From Geosiphon pyriformis uo1 (taxonomy: Eukaryota > Fungi > Glomeromycota): a stretch of 64,000 bases of DNA. A program made the translations under genes and the position numbers. The stretch spans positions 997,518 to 1,061,517 of the forward strand of contig JAAOMT010000664.1 of assembly GCA_016748015.1 (NCBI GenBank), read 5' to 3'. Shown piece after piece: positions 1 to 14,155 of this stretch. Numbering within the stretch: position 1 is the stretch's first letter; each line of letters opens with the position of its first letter. The notes under the pieces are model-generated. The model saw nothing but the letters and a program-made list of their open reading frames with translations, was not told where the DNA came from and did not search any database.

Positions 1-1282
1 TTGCTCTTCTTATTTTTTTCAAATTTATATCTCATTTCTCATACATTTATGCATTAGAAAAAACCATTATTAAAATTAAATAAAACAATTGTTTATTTAT
101 AATAACTTTACGACTTAATTTATTAACAAAAAAATTGAACATTCTGCCTCATTTTTTAGATTAAAAATGCTTAGATTCTTAATTGACAACATTATTCCCA
201 AGTATTTATGTAATTTTTTAAATTTAACTAAAACTTAAACTAATACTTCGAATTTACTAACTAATTGAAATTACAAATGGTTTCTCAACATAGATTAATA
301 AATTATTGATTGTAAAAATTCATTTATTGTGCTTAAAATCTTTTAAGCAGCTGTGCAATTATGTATGGCTCAAATAATATTGTTTACAAAAGTTTTAACA
401 GCAAAAAATGTTAATTTATTAGCTTTTCTACCTATTTTTTCTAACTTGTCTGAAAATCTGGTGTTCGTTTTGTATTTCAAAACTTTTTATTGCACTTAAT
501 TATGCAATCGTTGAAAAAGTTTTATTTTAATGTTTAATATATTTAATAAATAATTTGATAATAACTGTTTGAAGTTATTAAATTTATTAAAAATATTACT
601 TTTTTGGTTTAATTAAAACCTTTTTTAATCAATTATCATTAAATTTTTATATTATTTTGATTTTATTTTGCTTGTTTCTAATTGAAATTTTGATAATTGT
701 ATTTATAAATTATTATTTCTTTTAAAGGTTTAAAAATTTTTGTTATGAGCTTTTTTCAATTAATAATTTATATTTAAAACAAAGTAATTTTATAAAATTA
801 ATAAAAATAGAACTATTAACATTATTTCATATAAAAACATTTGTTTCTAATTATCATTAAGATGTTTTTGGATCCACTCCATTTATGCTTGTTTGTAAAC
901 ATAGATGAGCATGTGAAATAGTACTATAAAATACCTTACTCTTTTTTGCACATATATTTTTTGAGCCAATCGCCTCGGCATGGTTTATTGTTTTAGTTTT
1001 TTAATGTATTATGTATTTTAGAAAAAAATATGTTTATTTAGACATTTAACTCTTTGGAATTATGTAAATCTTCATTTCACAGGTATGAAAAAGCTTTACT
1101 TTGGCTTTGTTTCCTAGATGCTAACATTTCACACAAGCAGTGATTCGATAAAAGATCAAAGCATCGAAAATTGAGTGATGTATATTTTATACTTTTAAAT
1201 CACGTGCAAGTTTTTTTGTAACACTTAAATGGAAAAATATTACATTTTGAAAAACTTTTAGGTATTATAAACTTACTTTTTT

Positions 1283-2791
1283 TAATAACTTGAAATATCA
1301 ACCTGAAATCTAACTCGAGTCGTAGTATCAAAAATATCAAGTTTGAATTGGGTCGACTGATACCAGCATGATTCTTTTTCGTTGCAATTATTGTAAATCA
1401 ATAAATCAGGATAAAAATATGAACTAACACTTTTACGATATACTTTTGTTTTTGACTTGTATTATGAGCCATCTTTGGGAGGTCAAGTTTTTCCCAATAC
1501 CCAAATTAAAAATAAAAGCATCAGGCGCATTAAAATATTTTTCAGAATTAGAATTAGAATAAGAATCAGAATCAAAATCAGAATATTTAAACCACAGTGT
1601 GTGGAATAATAGCCTCCCACAATTTTCCCAGATCCAACTATCTTGGCTACTATAACAGTCTTTACGTAATTGGCACGTATATTTCGAAAACTGCTTCCTG
1701 TAAAGCCATAACCACTGCCTCGATATATAGGGTTGAAGGTGTAGAGAGATTTTTAATTCGTTGTAGTCTTTTTATCGATCCATGAAGAAATGATATTGAT
1801 ATGTGGTGAGTTTATGATCTCAGATTTAGCAAAACGGGCTCGAGATGGAAGGATATGAGTTGGTGGTTGAGGTTTAGTCTTAAGATGGTATGCCCAGATT
1901 TCATTCTTGAAGTTCTTTGGTAAAACTTTTTTATATGGTATGACATGGTCAAAATAGTCATCCCCAGAGATGTCACAATATCTTATCAATGGGATGCATT
2001 TGCGAATGGTTATCTCAAGTGCAGCAAAATCTTCTGCGCTCCAACTCACTAACTTCTTTTCGACAAGTCTTGGTGTGTTTCCAATGCCCCATTTGATTAA
2101 AGATTGCCACAATTCAACTTCCTTCATCTTAAGGTTATTTATTTGAAGCAAGAACACAAGAACCGATTCCTCCAAAGAATGAAGGTCATTTGATTTAAAG
2201 ATAAAATGGGGGTTATCCTCAGCCATTCGAGAATAATGTTCCTTCAGTTTTCCAAAGGATTCATAATGAGAAACTGTTTTGATAGTTTTAACACAATTTT
2301 CTTGCAGCCATTTAGATTCCTTTTTAATAAGATGCTCTTGACAATGATTGATTAACTCGAGAAGTTCGAGCTCGTCAGCAGCTATAAGTATTTGCAAGAC
2401 ATCAACCTCCTTTTCTTTATTCAAATCAATCATTCCGGTATACATATATCTAAAAAATAGCATTAAAAATTAAGATATTTAAATTTTTTTATCTTTTTTT
2501 ATATTATATGATTATTAGGAAGAAAATAAATTAACCCCACCCGAGGATAATCTCGAATATTTTTGCTGCAATATTAGGCTTCTTAAAAATCAATATATGT
2601 TCCTTCTTTTTGGCCCATTCATTTGACAATGCTCGTCGAAAATAAGGAGAGCGAGCACGAAGAATAATAGAGTGAGCTTGAAATTTTTTAGGCTCGGCTT
2701 TCTCCCCAGCTTCAATGATCACATTATATTCATCAAAGTGTTGAAATAGCTCAGTAAGATCATGGATAAGAGTTTCGGTAAACTTGGCCAT
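1283..2791 (-). pseudogene. BTB-BACK-TLDc gene, truncated/pseudogenised in the TLDc part
   Basis: Exon 1 2791-2541 (MAKFTETLIHD...FQAHSIILRARSPYF, BTB), GT-AG intron 2540-2450, exon 2 from 2449 (YMYTG...AADELEL). A TAA stop at ~1753 replaces the Tyr of the NYKSPY motif in paralogues. TLDc motifs (IYRGS..GF, KIVGGY, APDAFIFNLG, ESCWY) continue with frameshifts to ~1283. Could still yield a BTB-BACK-only protein. Confidence 0.85.
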
Positions 2792-5243
2792 TGGGAGTTA
2801 ACAGAAAAAGTTAAAAAAACCATAAAAACTTCATTCTTTATAATATTTATATAATTTTAGAAAATTATGGGATACATTATTCCCCGAAATTAATAGCGAT
2901 TGGGTATAATTTAGATATCTGGTCTGTTTTCTTTTATACCATCATAACATTTTAACATAAAAACCCCAGGATTTTATGTTAAAGCGTAAGATATCTATCA
3001 CAGAATCATTTGCAAAACTTATTAGTTGAAATCGGGTAAAATCTTCTTCGGTTTGAGGCATCAACATTTTTGTAAAACATATCTTTCTTCGAAACAAATA
3101 AAAATTTTCCAACTATTAAATATTGTGAAATTAATAATATTGTTTAAATGATATGCACAAAATGGGATGTTTAAAATAAGATAATAGTTTTTGCATGAAA
3201 CAACAAGTTTAGTATTAAATTATTTCATAAATGTCTTAAAATTGAAATATTGTGATAGGTTAAGAATGCACAAACTTGAAGCATTAATCTATTAAAATTT
3301 TCAGGAATATTTGGCCAACTATTTTCAAAAAAAAAATTCAAAATTTGTTTTTTCTGCAAGATTAACATTTACACCATAATAATTGAATAACTTTATATGC
3401 AAAATTTTTTAATTGAAAAGTTTTATATACTAATAAGATTTTAAGTTCTTTCAAAGCAATATTAATTAAAAAAATTGAATCAAGATAGTATTTATAAAAA
3501 AGATTTAATTGTAATCGCAAAGCTACAAATCATAGTCTATAGGTTTAAGTAGCTACGGTACACAAAGAATGACCATTAAAAATTATGCATGCGAAATTTC
3601 AAAAGGGCATGATTTAATAAAACCCTTATTGTTTATATGACTTTTGTTAACCAATTGTGTTTACTTTTGACAGGCATAATCACTATTTCTTAAATATTAG
3701 TCTAACTCATAAACATTCTGTAAATCTAATAAATTTAGTTAAATACTAAAATTTAAACTTGATAATTTTTGAAATTTAATACAAAAAAGTATATTCTATT
3801 AATAGAGAAAATTATATTTTGGTATAATTATTTCTTAATAATTATAATTATTTTAATTAAAATTAATTTTTTAAATCAAAAAAAATAATAATTAACAATT
3901 TTTAAATTAATATTTCACAGATATAATTCTTTTAAAATAACATATTGAGAATATTTTTATATATTTTTGCAAATCATAATAATAACCTGTAATCTTACCA
4001 TTATTTAAATTATTACTAACATGATTTTATACAAGTAATTATTCACTCATGTTAAATAACATCATTTTTATAAAATCTATTTTAACAAATTTGAAATGTT
4101 TTTTTTGTATAATTATTAAATGGTGACAAGTATGATTCAACTACATCTTACAAAATGTGACATCAGAAATTACCTGCATTATATTTCTCAAACAACAGAA
4201 ACCTAAATAACTCAAAAATATGCCCACATTTTCTAACTTCACTATCAAAACACTGATTAATCATGTAGATAATGGTAAAATTCCTAACTAAATCTGCAAT
4301 TTTCAATTATCCTTCTTAAAAATCTCATACAAACTCCTAAATACAAAACTCCTTGCCAAATTGACATCCTGATTCTTTTGAATTGGGGTATCATATTTCT
4401 CAGTTGCCTAAAAACAAGAGTTTATAAGGCAATTTGTTTTCTTGCTTTTATCAGTAAAAATCTCTCCAAACCACCATGATTGAAGAAAACAAGTTTTTAA
4501 GACTATTGGAATTTTTTGATTCTTTTTTTTTTAAAGGAATTGTTTCTTACAAAACCTATTCCTATAACGTTAAAGTTATTGAAGTTTATTTTCAGGTTTA
4601 ATAAATACTAAATCAAAAATTCCATAATCTTCTTTGCGATTGGAGATTAGTCTTTGGAGCGTAAAAAATTATTCATTTTATAATGACACAATTTATAACT
4701 TAAAAACTTAAGTTTTAAAACAAAGTATAAAAAATATTTGAATTTTGGTGGTTACTTACTCAATCCCAAAAATCTTAAAAATCTTGTGCAATCAACTTAT
4801 TATAATAAATCAAGATTTTCTACCTAATGACTTCATGATATAACTTTTAAGAGATTAGGTATTTATAGCCTTAATAATTTAAAAACAAAAAAGAACTTGG
4901 GCAAAAAATTACTTTCAAGTGCGTTAGGATTGAATTCTTTCCAACCAATCATTTTTAGTCATGATCATTCTATTATTAAGCGAAGAATTTTGCTTGAAAT
5001 GATACAAAGATGACATCAGGTTTCTTTATCAAAGTATCATTCAACATTCATAAGGCACTCAATAAATAAAACTTTTGTACAAGATAAAAACGTGATCCCC
5101 CAATTCCATTTTGATCTACTCTAGCAAGAGAACGCAAACCTTTTATCACAAACATCTACCCATTGATTTTCTATCCTTTCTACTCGGCACCTACTACGCA
5201 AATTATTTTCTTTTAAACATTTTTGCAGGACTTTTCAAAATTC

Positions 5244-7039
5244 ATGACACAAATTCAATCAAAAGACTCGGATTTAAACTTAACAAATGACTTTTCCGTG
5301 TCTGACTCTTCTCTTAGGATCGATTCTAATATTAAAGAAAGTTCCACGGAATTAACTTTGGATCCTGCTACTCAAATACCTGATAAGGCTAGCGTTGATC
5401 TTGGTAGTCCCCAAAAATTTGAACACATCTATGAGAAAGACGAAACACCACACGAAACAATATATATGGTCACTCATCATATAGTTCACCATCGTCTAGA
5501 GATCCCAGTCATTAATCCTCCATTAACTCCTCCTCGCAAAACTTGGTGGCAAAAATTGAGAAATGGTGTTCGAAAACTAACTTCACGCCTTCTAGGTCGC
5601 ATTCACAAAGTTGAAGACTCCATTGACAATACAATTCATAAAACAACGGAAAAAGTATCACATGCAGTTCATGACGCAAAAGATGCTGTGCAGGATAAAA
5701 TTCATTCTGCAGAATATAAGATTTCCGATGCAATTCACTCAGCGACCGATAAAATACAGTCTGCGGAGCATAAGATTACAGCAAAGTATGAAACGGCAAA
5801 AGAGAATCTCGCTAATCAGAAAGAAAAAGTTAAGGATGCTTTGCGCAATGCCGAAGATTCGACAAAAGAAAAGTTATTCGAAGCGAAAGATAAAGCTGCG
5901 GAATTTGTACAAGATGTTGAAGAAAAAGCCCAAATCTTTGGACAGAAAATGAAGGAGGTGGTGACCTCACCGTTTCGTGCCGCGCGTGAAAAAGTTTTTA
6001 AAGCTGCAAAAAAACAAGTTCGGAAAACGGCCAATACTGTTGATGAGTCGATTGCAGATCAAGTCATTCCTCCGGTAGGCGCATTTGGTAATTGGTGGGC
6101 TGCTGATAAAAACCAAAATAAACATTCCAATTTTGAAGAAGTTGAATGGCGCCCAACCCGAAATGCCGTTGGCAATTTGGTTCGTGAAATTATCGGTGCC
6201 AAAGAACAAATTAGTGGTGCTATTGAAGGTTCAACGGCACCCGGAAAGTCTATGGCAACTAGCGCATTTTATTGTGCAATCTTTGTTTTATATTTCGTTC
6301 GATTGAGAGTGCGTCTTTGGAATCAGCGTAAAAGAACTTCGGTCTACGTTGGCGATGGTACTATCGAAATGTTGAAAGCCATGCAAGATAGTATTCAGAG
6401 GTCTCCCTCCACTACAACTGAAACGTCAAATCTATCCGCAGAAGATACCACAGTTAACGGTGCATCGCCACAACAACTGAGAATGAATGTCACAACCTCC
6501 AAAATTACTATGAATCAAGGTAAACGCGTGGGAATTTAAGTTTAAAAGTTCATAAATAAATTTCAAATTTTCTATCTAAAGAAAATGTGGGGGCAATTTA
6601 AATCTTGGTTGCTTTAAAAATAATTAAAAGCTTTTCCGTCCCATTAGCTTCTAATTCTCGAACCAGCATTTCTCGTTCTTTGGCAGGAACAAGTCGACAT
6701 CGTCCAGTATATCAGGCGCCTTCAGCACGTGATTACGAGAATCTGATGAAACTCGTGGAAGCGTGTACAGTATACACAATTACTGTACCAATTGGTATCC
6801 TACTTCTCTCCTTTTTGGAAATGAATGGAATTCAAAATACCTTGTTGCACGTGTTGTATATCATTCTTGGTTATGCCACATTATTGCATATCCACGGTGG
6901 ATTGTTCGGCACTTCACGGGAGTTTATACTAGGCAGAAAAGATGTGGCACAACAAATAGCATGGGCATTCTTAATTGTAGTTTGTTTATCGTGTGGGTGG
7001 ATTGCATTGAGTAGTGTTTTTGATTCTTGGAACATTTAG
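5244..7039 (+). CDS. LEA/apolipoprotein-like helical-repeat protein with C-terminal transmembrane segments
   Basis: Long ORF with first ATG at 5244; an AG at 5227-5228 may mean an upstream exon. It has K/E/D/A-rich amphipathic repeats (AVHDAKDAVQDKIHSAEYKISDAIHSATDKIQSA) and a hydrophobic stretch (AFYCAIFVLYFV). A predicted phase-1 intron 6520(GTAAAC)-6647(CATTAG) joins it in frame to the 6605-7039 ORF with ~3 TM helices. Confidence 0.75.
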
Positions 7040-7959
7040 GGAAGATGTAACGAAAGGCTATTTTTAAAAGAATGTTGGGATAACAAAATTTTTGAGATTT
7101 GAAAAGTCAGAGCGATATAATCTCTGGCCAATGATTTTTAGCGAATCTTGAGTATATTAAACCGCAATCAAAAAAAGGCGGTCATTTAATTTAAATATTG
7201 TTTTAAAGTTTGAATGGCATTGGTGGCAAATTTTTTTATTATCAATTCCAAATAATTCCTTTTACAGGTAAAGCCGAAGAGAATTCACATGATTTGCTTT
7301 AAAAAGAGGGTCACTAATTAACGTGTTAAACCACATCTTATTTGACCTAATTAGTGAATACTGAAACAAAGCTTTTTTATCAGCCTCGTTGCTTTGCTAC
7401 CAATGTGTTTAAATTTATGGGTTTCGTGTTTTTATGTACTAAAATATTATAATATAAATATTAAAAACGCTTCGATGCTGAAATCAGGAGGGCAAAATAC
7501 ATTTTCTTAGAGTACATAATTCTTAACATAGACTTGATGTTATAAATTCTGACACTAATGTGATTCTATCCTTGCTATAATCACCATTACCACCTTTATC
7601 ACCTTGGCATTTCAATATGAATTTTTTATTTATGCTAAAGGTTTTTAGTTCAAAATAGAAAAGATTTAGTTTGCATTTTTTTTAGTGAAATAATCAAGTT
7701 ACAGACTATTAAGAAGGTTAGATTAATTTTAACTTTAAATTTTGTCTTTAAAATTCAATGATACAAAGATCAAAAACTTTTTTTTCAAAAGAATAGAAAT
7801 TACTTCAAAATATTTATATATCATTAATAAAGTCTTCATCTGTTTATATAAGAAAAATTTTATATCAAATGAATTTTATACCAAATTTGAACCATGTCAA
7901 AGCTGATTATTTTATTTTATTCAAACATAAATAAGGTAAAAAATGATATTTCAATAGGT

Positions 7960-8224
7960 TCATATTAAATAAGGCTTTCTTCTCTTGAACTTCTTTGATG
8001 GTTAAATTGGTTCCATCGGTAATTATGAGAGATAAAAGTATTTTAGGAAGAAGAATTAATGTTCCATCAGAGTCTCTTATATTTAGTTTTGTCTTTTCGT
8101 TAATATTGTTAGTAGTTTTTTCTTTTAATGAATATTTCTCAGGAATGCTAATGCCTAATTCTGCTAGGACATCATATAGGATTTTTAATTCGATCGTAGC
8201 ATCTAAGGCTGCATGATCTAATCA
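7960..8224 (-). pseudogene. Degenerate putative molybdenum-cofactor carrier (MoCo_carrier, SLOG superfamily) gene fragment
   Basis: Minus-strand translation *LDHAALDATIELKILYDVLAELGISIPEKYSLKEKTTNNINEKTKLNIRDSDGTLILLP...DGTNLTIKEV then frameshift to RKPYLI. This matches the family pattern VDRAALD..A.E..IP..Y.L.E...RT..NVRDSDGTLI...GT.LT...KP.L. There is no start codon and the GGQTG motif is destroyed. Confidence 0.7.
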
Positions 8225-11200
8225 TTTAGTGGTCACAGTATGTTAAATTTTGGTTTGCAAAAGGTTGGGAATTGAAAAGATTAAAATTTTCCCAATAAAA
8301 TATTTGAGAAAAAGGGCTTATTAATAAGTTTATATTGCGATTTATACTTAGCTTGTATCACTAATCTCGACAAAGGTAATAATCGTTAGTCAAACTATAT
8401 TATAATACAAAGCTTATTAGTATAATTCCAGCCACTTTTATATTCACTTTTATCCTAAGGTATTAGTTTCTGAAGTCGGATTGCTAAATTAGTTCATATC
8501 AGGCCGGAAACACTTTAACCTTATTTACAAAATAGATCGCAAAACTTGAAACAATTTTATTTTGTATATTAAATTTCTGTGGTTTTAAAAAAATTCATTT
8601 AAAGTCTTGAAAAGCTACCAAGTAGCCTAATTTCATTCATTATTTTGGTAAATACAAACTTAAGCCAACGTTGCAGAATTATCAATTAGACATGGAATAC
8701 ATTCAATATTTGCAAAATTGTAAATCGTTATCGTATCGTATTTTCATTCTAGAACAGTGTCAAATGTGTGTTTAATCTTAAGTCAATGGTTTCAATTTTT
8801 ATTGATGTATGTTTGATAGATAAAAATTACAGAAACATTTTCAATCTGATAATTATTTCAAATAAAAAATATATAATGTCAAACCAGCTTTACTTCTAAT
8901 ACACTCTTGAAATTTTCATGACATGATTAAATTTCAGTTTACATAAATTTTTAAACAATTAATTAGTTATTAATTTTTATAAAAATATTAAAAAACACTT
9001 TAATTTTAAATTTATCTTGAGGTTAAGATTTAAAATTCAAAATTATTTGTTAAAAAATTTGGGACTATTAAAACTATTTTATAGTTCATAGTTTAGATTT
9101 TACCAATGACTTAAAAAAAAATCTTGTTAGACAGGAAAGTTTATTATAAAGTTGTTTAGATAATTAATTATATACTTGCATATAAATTATTTTCAAGTTT
9201 TTTAAAAAAGCTAAATTTCAAAGAACGTGACGAAATCGTCAATCTTTTCTGATTAAAACCTTTTCAACACTAAAAAATCAATTCTAGACTATTATAAAAC
9301 GTAAATGAAATTTGGACGCACCTCAGAATGGCTTGTCCAGCAGCTAGACGCTCAAAAACAACTATCTACAACCGATTTCATGCAGAAAATAATTGCCTTG
9401 TAGAAACATCTAGCCTTGCATTTATTTAATACACCAGTTGCTATGTGGAAATATCTAACCAAGCTCGTATTAGGTGCACTGGTTGTTGAAATTTTAAGCA
9501 CATAAAGAACCCGTATTTTGCTTATCTCGACCACCGGGGATGCTACCGATCGACGACTTTCAAATGTTGCTTTTAGGAATAGATTAGATTACTATGATAT
9601 AATTAGGGATTTAACTCGCTATTTGATCGATAAATATTCAAGATAAAAGACATGAAATTACTCTTCCTTAATCAGTCCAGATGCTTTTTATATAAGCAAC
9701 AATATAAGGATTGAATATTAATTCCCACAAGAAATTTCAGAGTAATTCTATGAGACTAATTTATCTATTCATAGTAGCCAAATATAAAAAGTTTTTAAAA
9801 AACACATTTAAATAAAACGTAAAAAAGAAGGAAGTAATATTCTTTTTTCTGTGTTTAGTTTTCCACCGAATTCTATTTCTTCCTAAATCGGTGCTTTTGT
9901 TAGGGTCAACAACTTTCAGTAATTCATTTTTCAGTTCAGAGTTAGTGATTTTATCGATATTCTAGTTTCGTAATTTATATACAATTTTTTTACTATATCA
10001 AGTTGATAATGAGAATTAAACCAAATGTGTTTTCCCTCTATAATAAGATAGGTTCAATTTTCTCCTTACTATCTATTCATTCAAAAAGCATATTCTTAAC
10101 AATTCTACTAGTAAGCCTTTCATTTCTTGAGAAAATAATCAATAATAATTTTTTTTCTTGTTGACTAATTTATTATCAGCAAAAAATCATAGATACATAA
10201 AAATAAATTCTACTCTTTAACTATATATCTCTACCATAATTAATATATGGTTCTAATGTTACAAAGTTGTTCAATTGATCAATCTTGATAATAATATATT
10301 TTGACCCCAATAAAATATTTTTTCATGTCAGAGCAAATTAGACAAACATTCATCCTTTAACCGATCAATTTTTCTCTTTGCCTTCTTCTGTTATGAAAAT
10401 TACTTTTTTACCGCCCACGGAGGAATCTCTCTAATATTTTTTAATATTGCATGTGGTTTTGCTAAGAATTTAGATATTTTTTTCAAGTACCAAATTTAAA
10501 AACTTATAACACAATTTAAAAATCCCCCAAGTTTCGAGAGCTTTCAAATATTTCAGAGATTATGACTTTGAAACTCAATTTTAATTGTTCTAAGAATATA
10601 GCAAGAAAAGTTTTCACCAAACTTAATTAAAATTGAATTGAATTGAATTAAAAATAAAAAACACAGTAAAATTGCAGTATTATTATTATTATTATTATGA
10701 GATAAAACTTATAAAATAAAAATAAATTTTATAAGTTTTAATATTGTGATAAAAAATTTTTTGGCAAGAAATTACTTTAACAAGAATATTATATCAAATA
10801 TCAATTTTATGAAAACAGTATATTTTCAATATCCAACATATAAATAAAATTTTCAATTTTTGATTGATAAAGATCTGTTTTAAGTAAAGTAAAATAATAT
10901 TTTTGAATGTTATAAATTTTTTTATTTAAATTATCTATATTAATTAAATACTGAATTTAAATTTTTTTATGTTTTTAGCTAGTTTTCTAATAAGTAACAG
11001 TGAAAATAAGGTTGAATAAATAATTTTATTTATGTCAATCATATAAAAAAAAATAAAATTAATTTTAAAATTAATTGGTTAATAATAAAAAAATAAATAA
11101 TAATAATAAAGAAAACAACAAAAAAGCTTTTAAATTTAAATTGCTTTATTGATGAAAATTTTAGATATTGTGAATTTAGTATTTTTAAAAAAAATTTTTA

Positions 11201-11979
11201 ATAAATTAAGGAGAATAAAATTTAATACATAAATTTTTTGAATGTTAATAAATTTTATAATTGATTTATATAATTATATAAAAAACCATAATAAATTGTA
11301 TAAAATGATTTTATTTAACATAAATAAATAATTATTTGTGTAAAAAGCATATAAACGAATTTTTATTAATAATTTCAAATTTTTTGCATATTAAAATAAT
11401 GGTAAGATTACAGGTTATTATTATAATTTGTAAAAATATATAAAAAATAAAAATATTTGTCAAAAATTTCATTACTTTTTTGTTATTATTAAAAGTTAAA
11501 AGGTTATTATTGTTAACCTTAAAAAGTTTGAAAGAAAATAAATTTTCAAAGTTTTTTAAATTTCGAAAGATATCAAGTTGAGTATTTAACTGAACTTATG
11601 ATATTTACAGAATGCTTATGCTTTATTCACAGATCTGTTAAAAGAAAATATAATTGGTTAAGAAAAAGTTATATAAGCTATATGGGTTTTATGATTAAAT
11701 CATATCCTTTTGAAATTTCTCATCGGGAATTTTTATTATTACTCGTTTAGGCAATAATACAATGAAACTTGTTTGGCGTATTTCTTTGTGTGTACCTACT
11801 TTACCTATTTAGTATAATTTATAACGAATCATAGTTTGATAATAAAGACATTTTTTAAAGTTAATAAATTAATTTTTTAACAGAGAAACAATATAAATAA
11901 GAACTCGGCGTTTAGGCAAATTACTTTTTTAAACGTCGAATAATAATCTATTTATATTTTATCCGTTCTTATTCATACC

Positions 11980-13397
11980 ATGGAAAACAAAGAAATTAAG
12001 AGAACAACTCGTCCAGAAACACATGATTGCAATGAGTGTGAAAAATGTCAAGACAGTATTAAAAACAATCAAAAGAATTGTGGGTAATATGTGTATGACA
12101 TGCAAGTTCATATTTTTTAAAAAACTTTATAAGAACTTTTCAAGCAGCAATAAAGAAGTTGATGAAATAATTAGGAATCCAATCTNNNNNNNNNNNNNNN
12201 NNNNNNNNNNNNNNNNNNNNNNNNNNNNNNNNNNNNNNNNNNNNNNNNNNNNNNNNNNNNNNNNNNNNNNNNNNNNNNNNNNNNNNNNNNNNNNNNNNNN
12301 NNNNNNNNNNNNNNNNNNNNNAAAGAGCTATGTTTATTAATAACAAAGGTAAATACTTAAAATATTTCTCCACAATGTATGGAATTACGCAAAACGCTAA
12401 AACACTCGAGTATGGAATTGTCATGCCCTTTGCTAAACTTGGAGATATGCGAAAATATTTATCAACAAATTTTTATTCTACGAGTTGGTATGATAAATTA
12501 TTGATCGCGGGTGCAATAGCTTCAGGACTTTTACAAATTCATTCTTCTGGTATGGTTCATCGTGACCTACACTCGGGCAACATTCTACAAATGACTACTT
12601 ATCAGGCAAACATTGGAGACCTCGGATTATGTCAACCAGTAAACCATGAAGCAACAACAACAACAAGAAAAGACATGAAAGAAAAAAAGATATATGGAGT
12701 GATTCCATACATTCCACCAGAAGTTTTAAGAGGAGAAAATTTTACAACAGCTGGTGATATTTATAGTTATGGAATGTTATTATGGGAATTAGCAACAGGA
12801 AAGCCTCCATTTCATAATTTTTCTCATGATCATATTCTTATAATGGCTATTTTAAATGGTCAAAGACCAAAGGTTACTTCCCCCTTATTCCACCTTGCAT
12901 CGCTGAAATAATTGTAAAGTGTTGGGATGCTGATCCTAAGAATCGTCCTACTGCTTAAGAAGTATGGCATAAGTTGTTGAACATGTATATGTGGGCTGTA
13001 AAAGATACAGATGAAGTTTCAATGATAGAAGAGTTTAAAACTGTAAGTCTTCAGTTTAGAGAATCAGATAAACACTTAAAAGAAATGGTAGAAAGTGATG
13101 ACTCAACGACAACAATTCAATCAACAACAACTCGCATTCATCCAGGAGCAGTTTATACAAGTCGTGTTTTAACTTTGCAAATGATTGATTTTTCTAAAGG
13201 TTAGTTTATTTAATTTAGACATAATTAGTTTATTGATTTAATTATTATACAGTATATAAAAATTTATATTAATTTATTTTACTATTCTATTTTAAAAGAA
13301 TTAGTCTATTTACCTAAAGGTAAGAAATTACATGTATTATTAATGAATTTATGCTCTTGTTTTAATACTTATTTATTTTACATTAGATGACTCTTAA
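11980..13397 (+). pseudogene. TKL-type Ser/Thr protein kinase pseudogene (spans an assembly gap)
   Basis: MENKEIKRTTRPETHDCNECEKC start, frameshift at ~12080, N-gap, then HRDLHSGN, DLG, YGVIPYIPPE, DIYSYG. A second frameshift at ~12885 and a TAA at ~12956 follow. A 21-nt mini-exon (13299-13319) and last exon (13387-13397) mirror the intact paralogue. Confidence 0.85.
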
Positions 13398-13634
13398 TAG
13401 ATGTCATCGTGATTGGACATAACTTTTTAAACTATATAATGAATTAAATTTATTAGTTCATAAGTGAAATACTTATAACTGTATCTTAAATAACCTTTTA
13501 TTATATTAAAATGAATAGGTTTATTAATTTATTAATTTATTTAATTATTAAAAAGGGTATCCACTTTCTACTTCTTTTTCCCCACTTTTTTACCTTTGAA
13601 TTGGTTTTTTTCTTTGATATTCCCTTTCCCTTGA

Positions 13635-13636
<2 letters not shown>

Positions 13637-13676
<40 letters not shown>

Positions 13677-13677
13677 G
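13637..13677. repeat. (ATT)n microsatellite
   Basis: About 13 ATT units, read directly. Confidence 0.9.
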
Positions 13678-14155
13678 ATTAAACATATTTAACTCTGAGT
13701 AATTAAAGTTGCTATAGTACACAAAGACGCCAAACAAGTTTCCCATTGTTTCATTGTATTTTTGCCTAAACGAGTAGTTAAACAACTATTTTAATAAAAG
13801 AACCCTTCCTCATTTACCATATAACATGTTAATTCAAACCTGTTTTTTCCTGTTAAACCTCAATTTAACAGTGAGTGTTCACCCATTAATTGGGAAATAA
13901 TGTCAGATGGAGTATTCTCAAAATGATACATAGTCTTAAAAGCTATCATGTACTTTTTTTTTCCCAAGAAACTTTTTAGCCAACATTTTTTTTAACGTAT
14001 TATCCACAAACCCGGGATAAAATGTCTTTTGTAAAAGTAATATTTTTTGGTAATTGCAAAATAAAGTATAGTTATGACATCATTCTATTTTGTCCAAATT
14101 ATAGGCCTTCCTAACTATCCAAATGGGAAATGAAGATAACCGATCACGATTAGAT

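Noticed and set aside
5512-6306. Several overlapping short ORFs within the LEA-like gene
   Set aside because: Alternative-frame or antisense shadows of the main CDS.
7995-8216. 73-aa plus-strand ORF
   Set aside because: It is the antisense shadow of the MoCo-carrier relic on the minus strand.
9310-10420. GC-richer patches with partial open frames
   Set aside because: Interrupted by stops and no recognisable motif, so a feature call cannot be supported.
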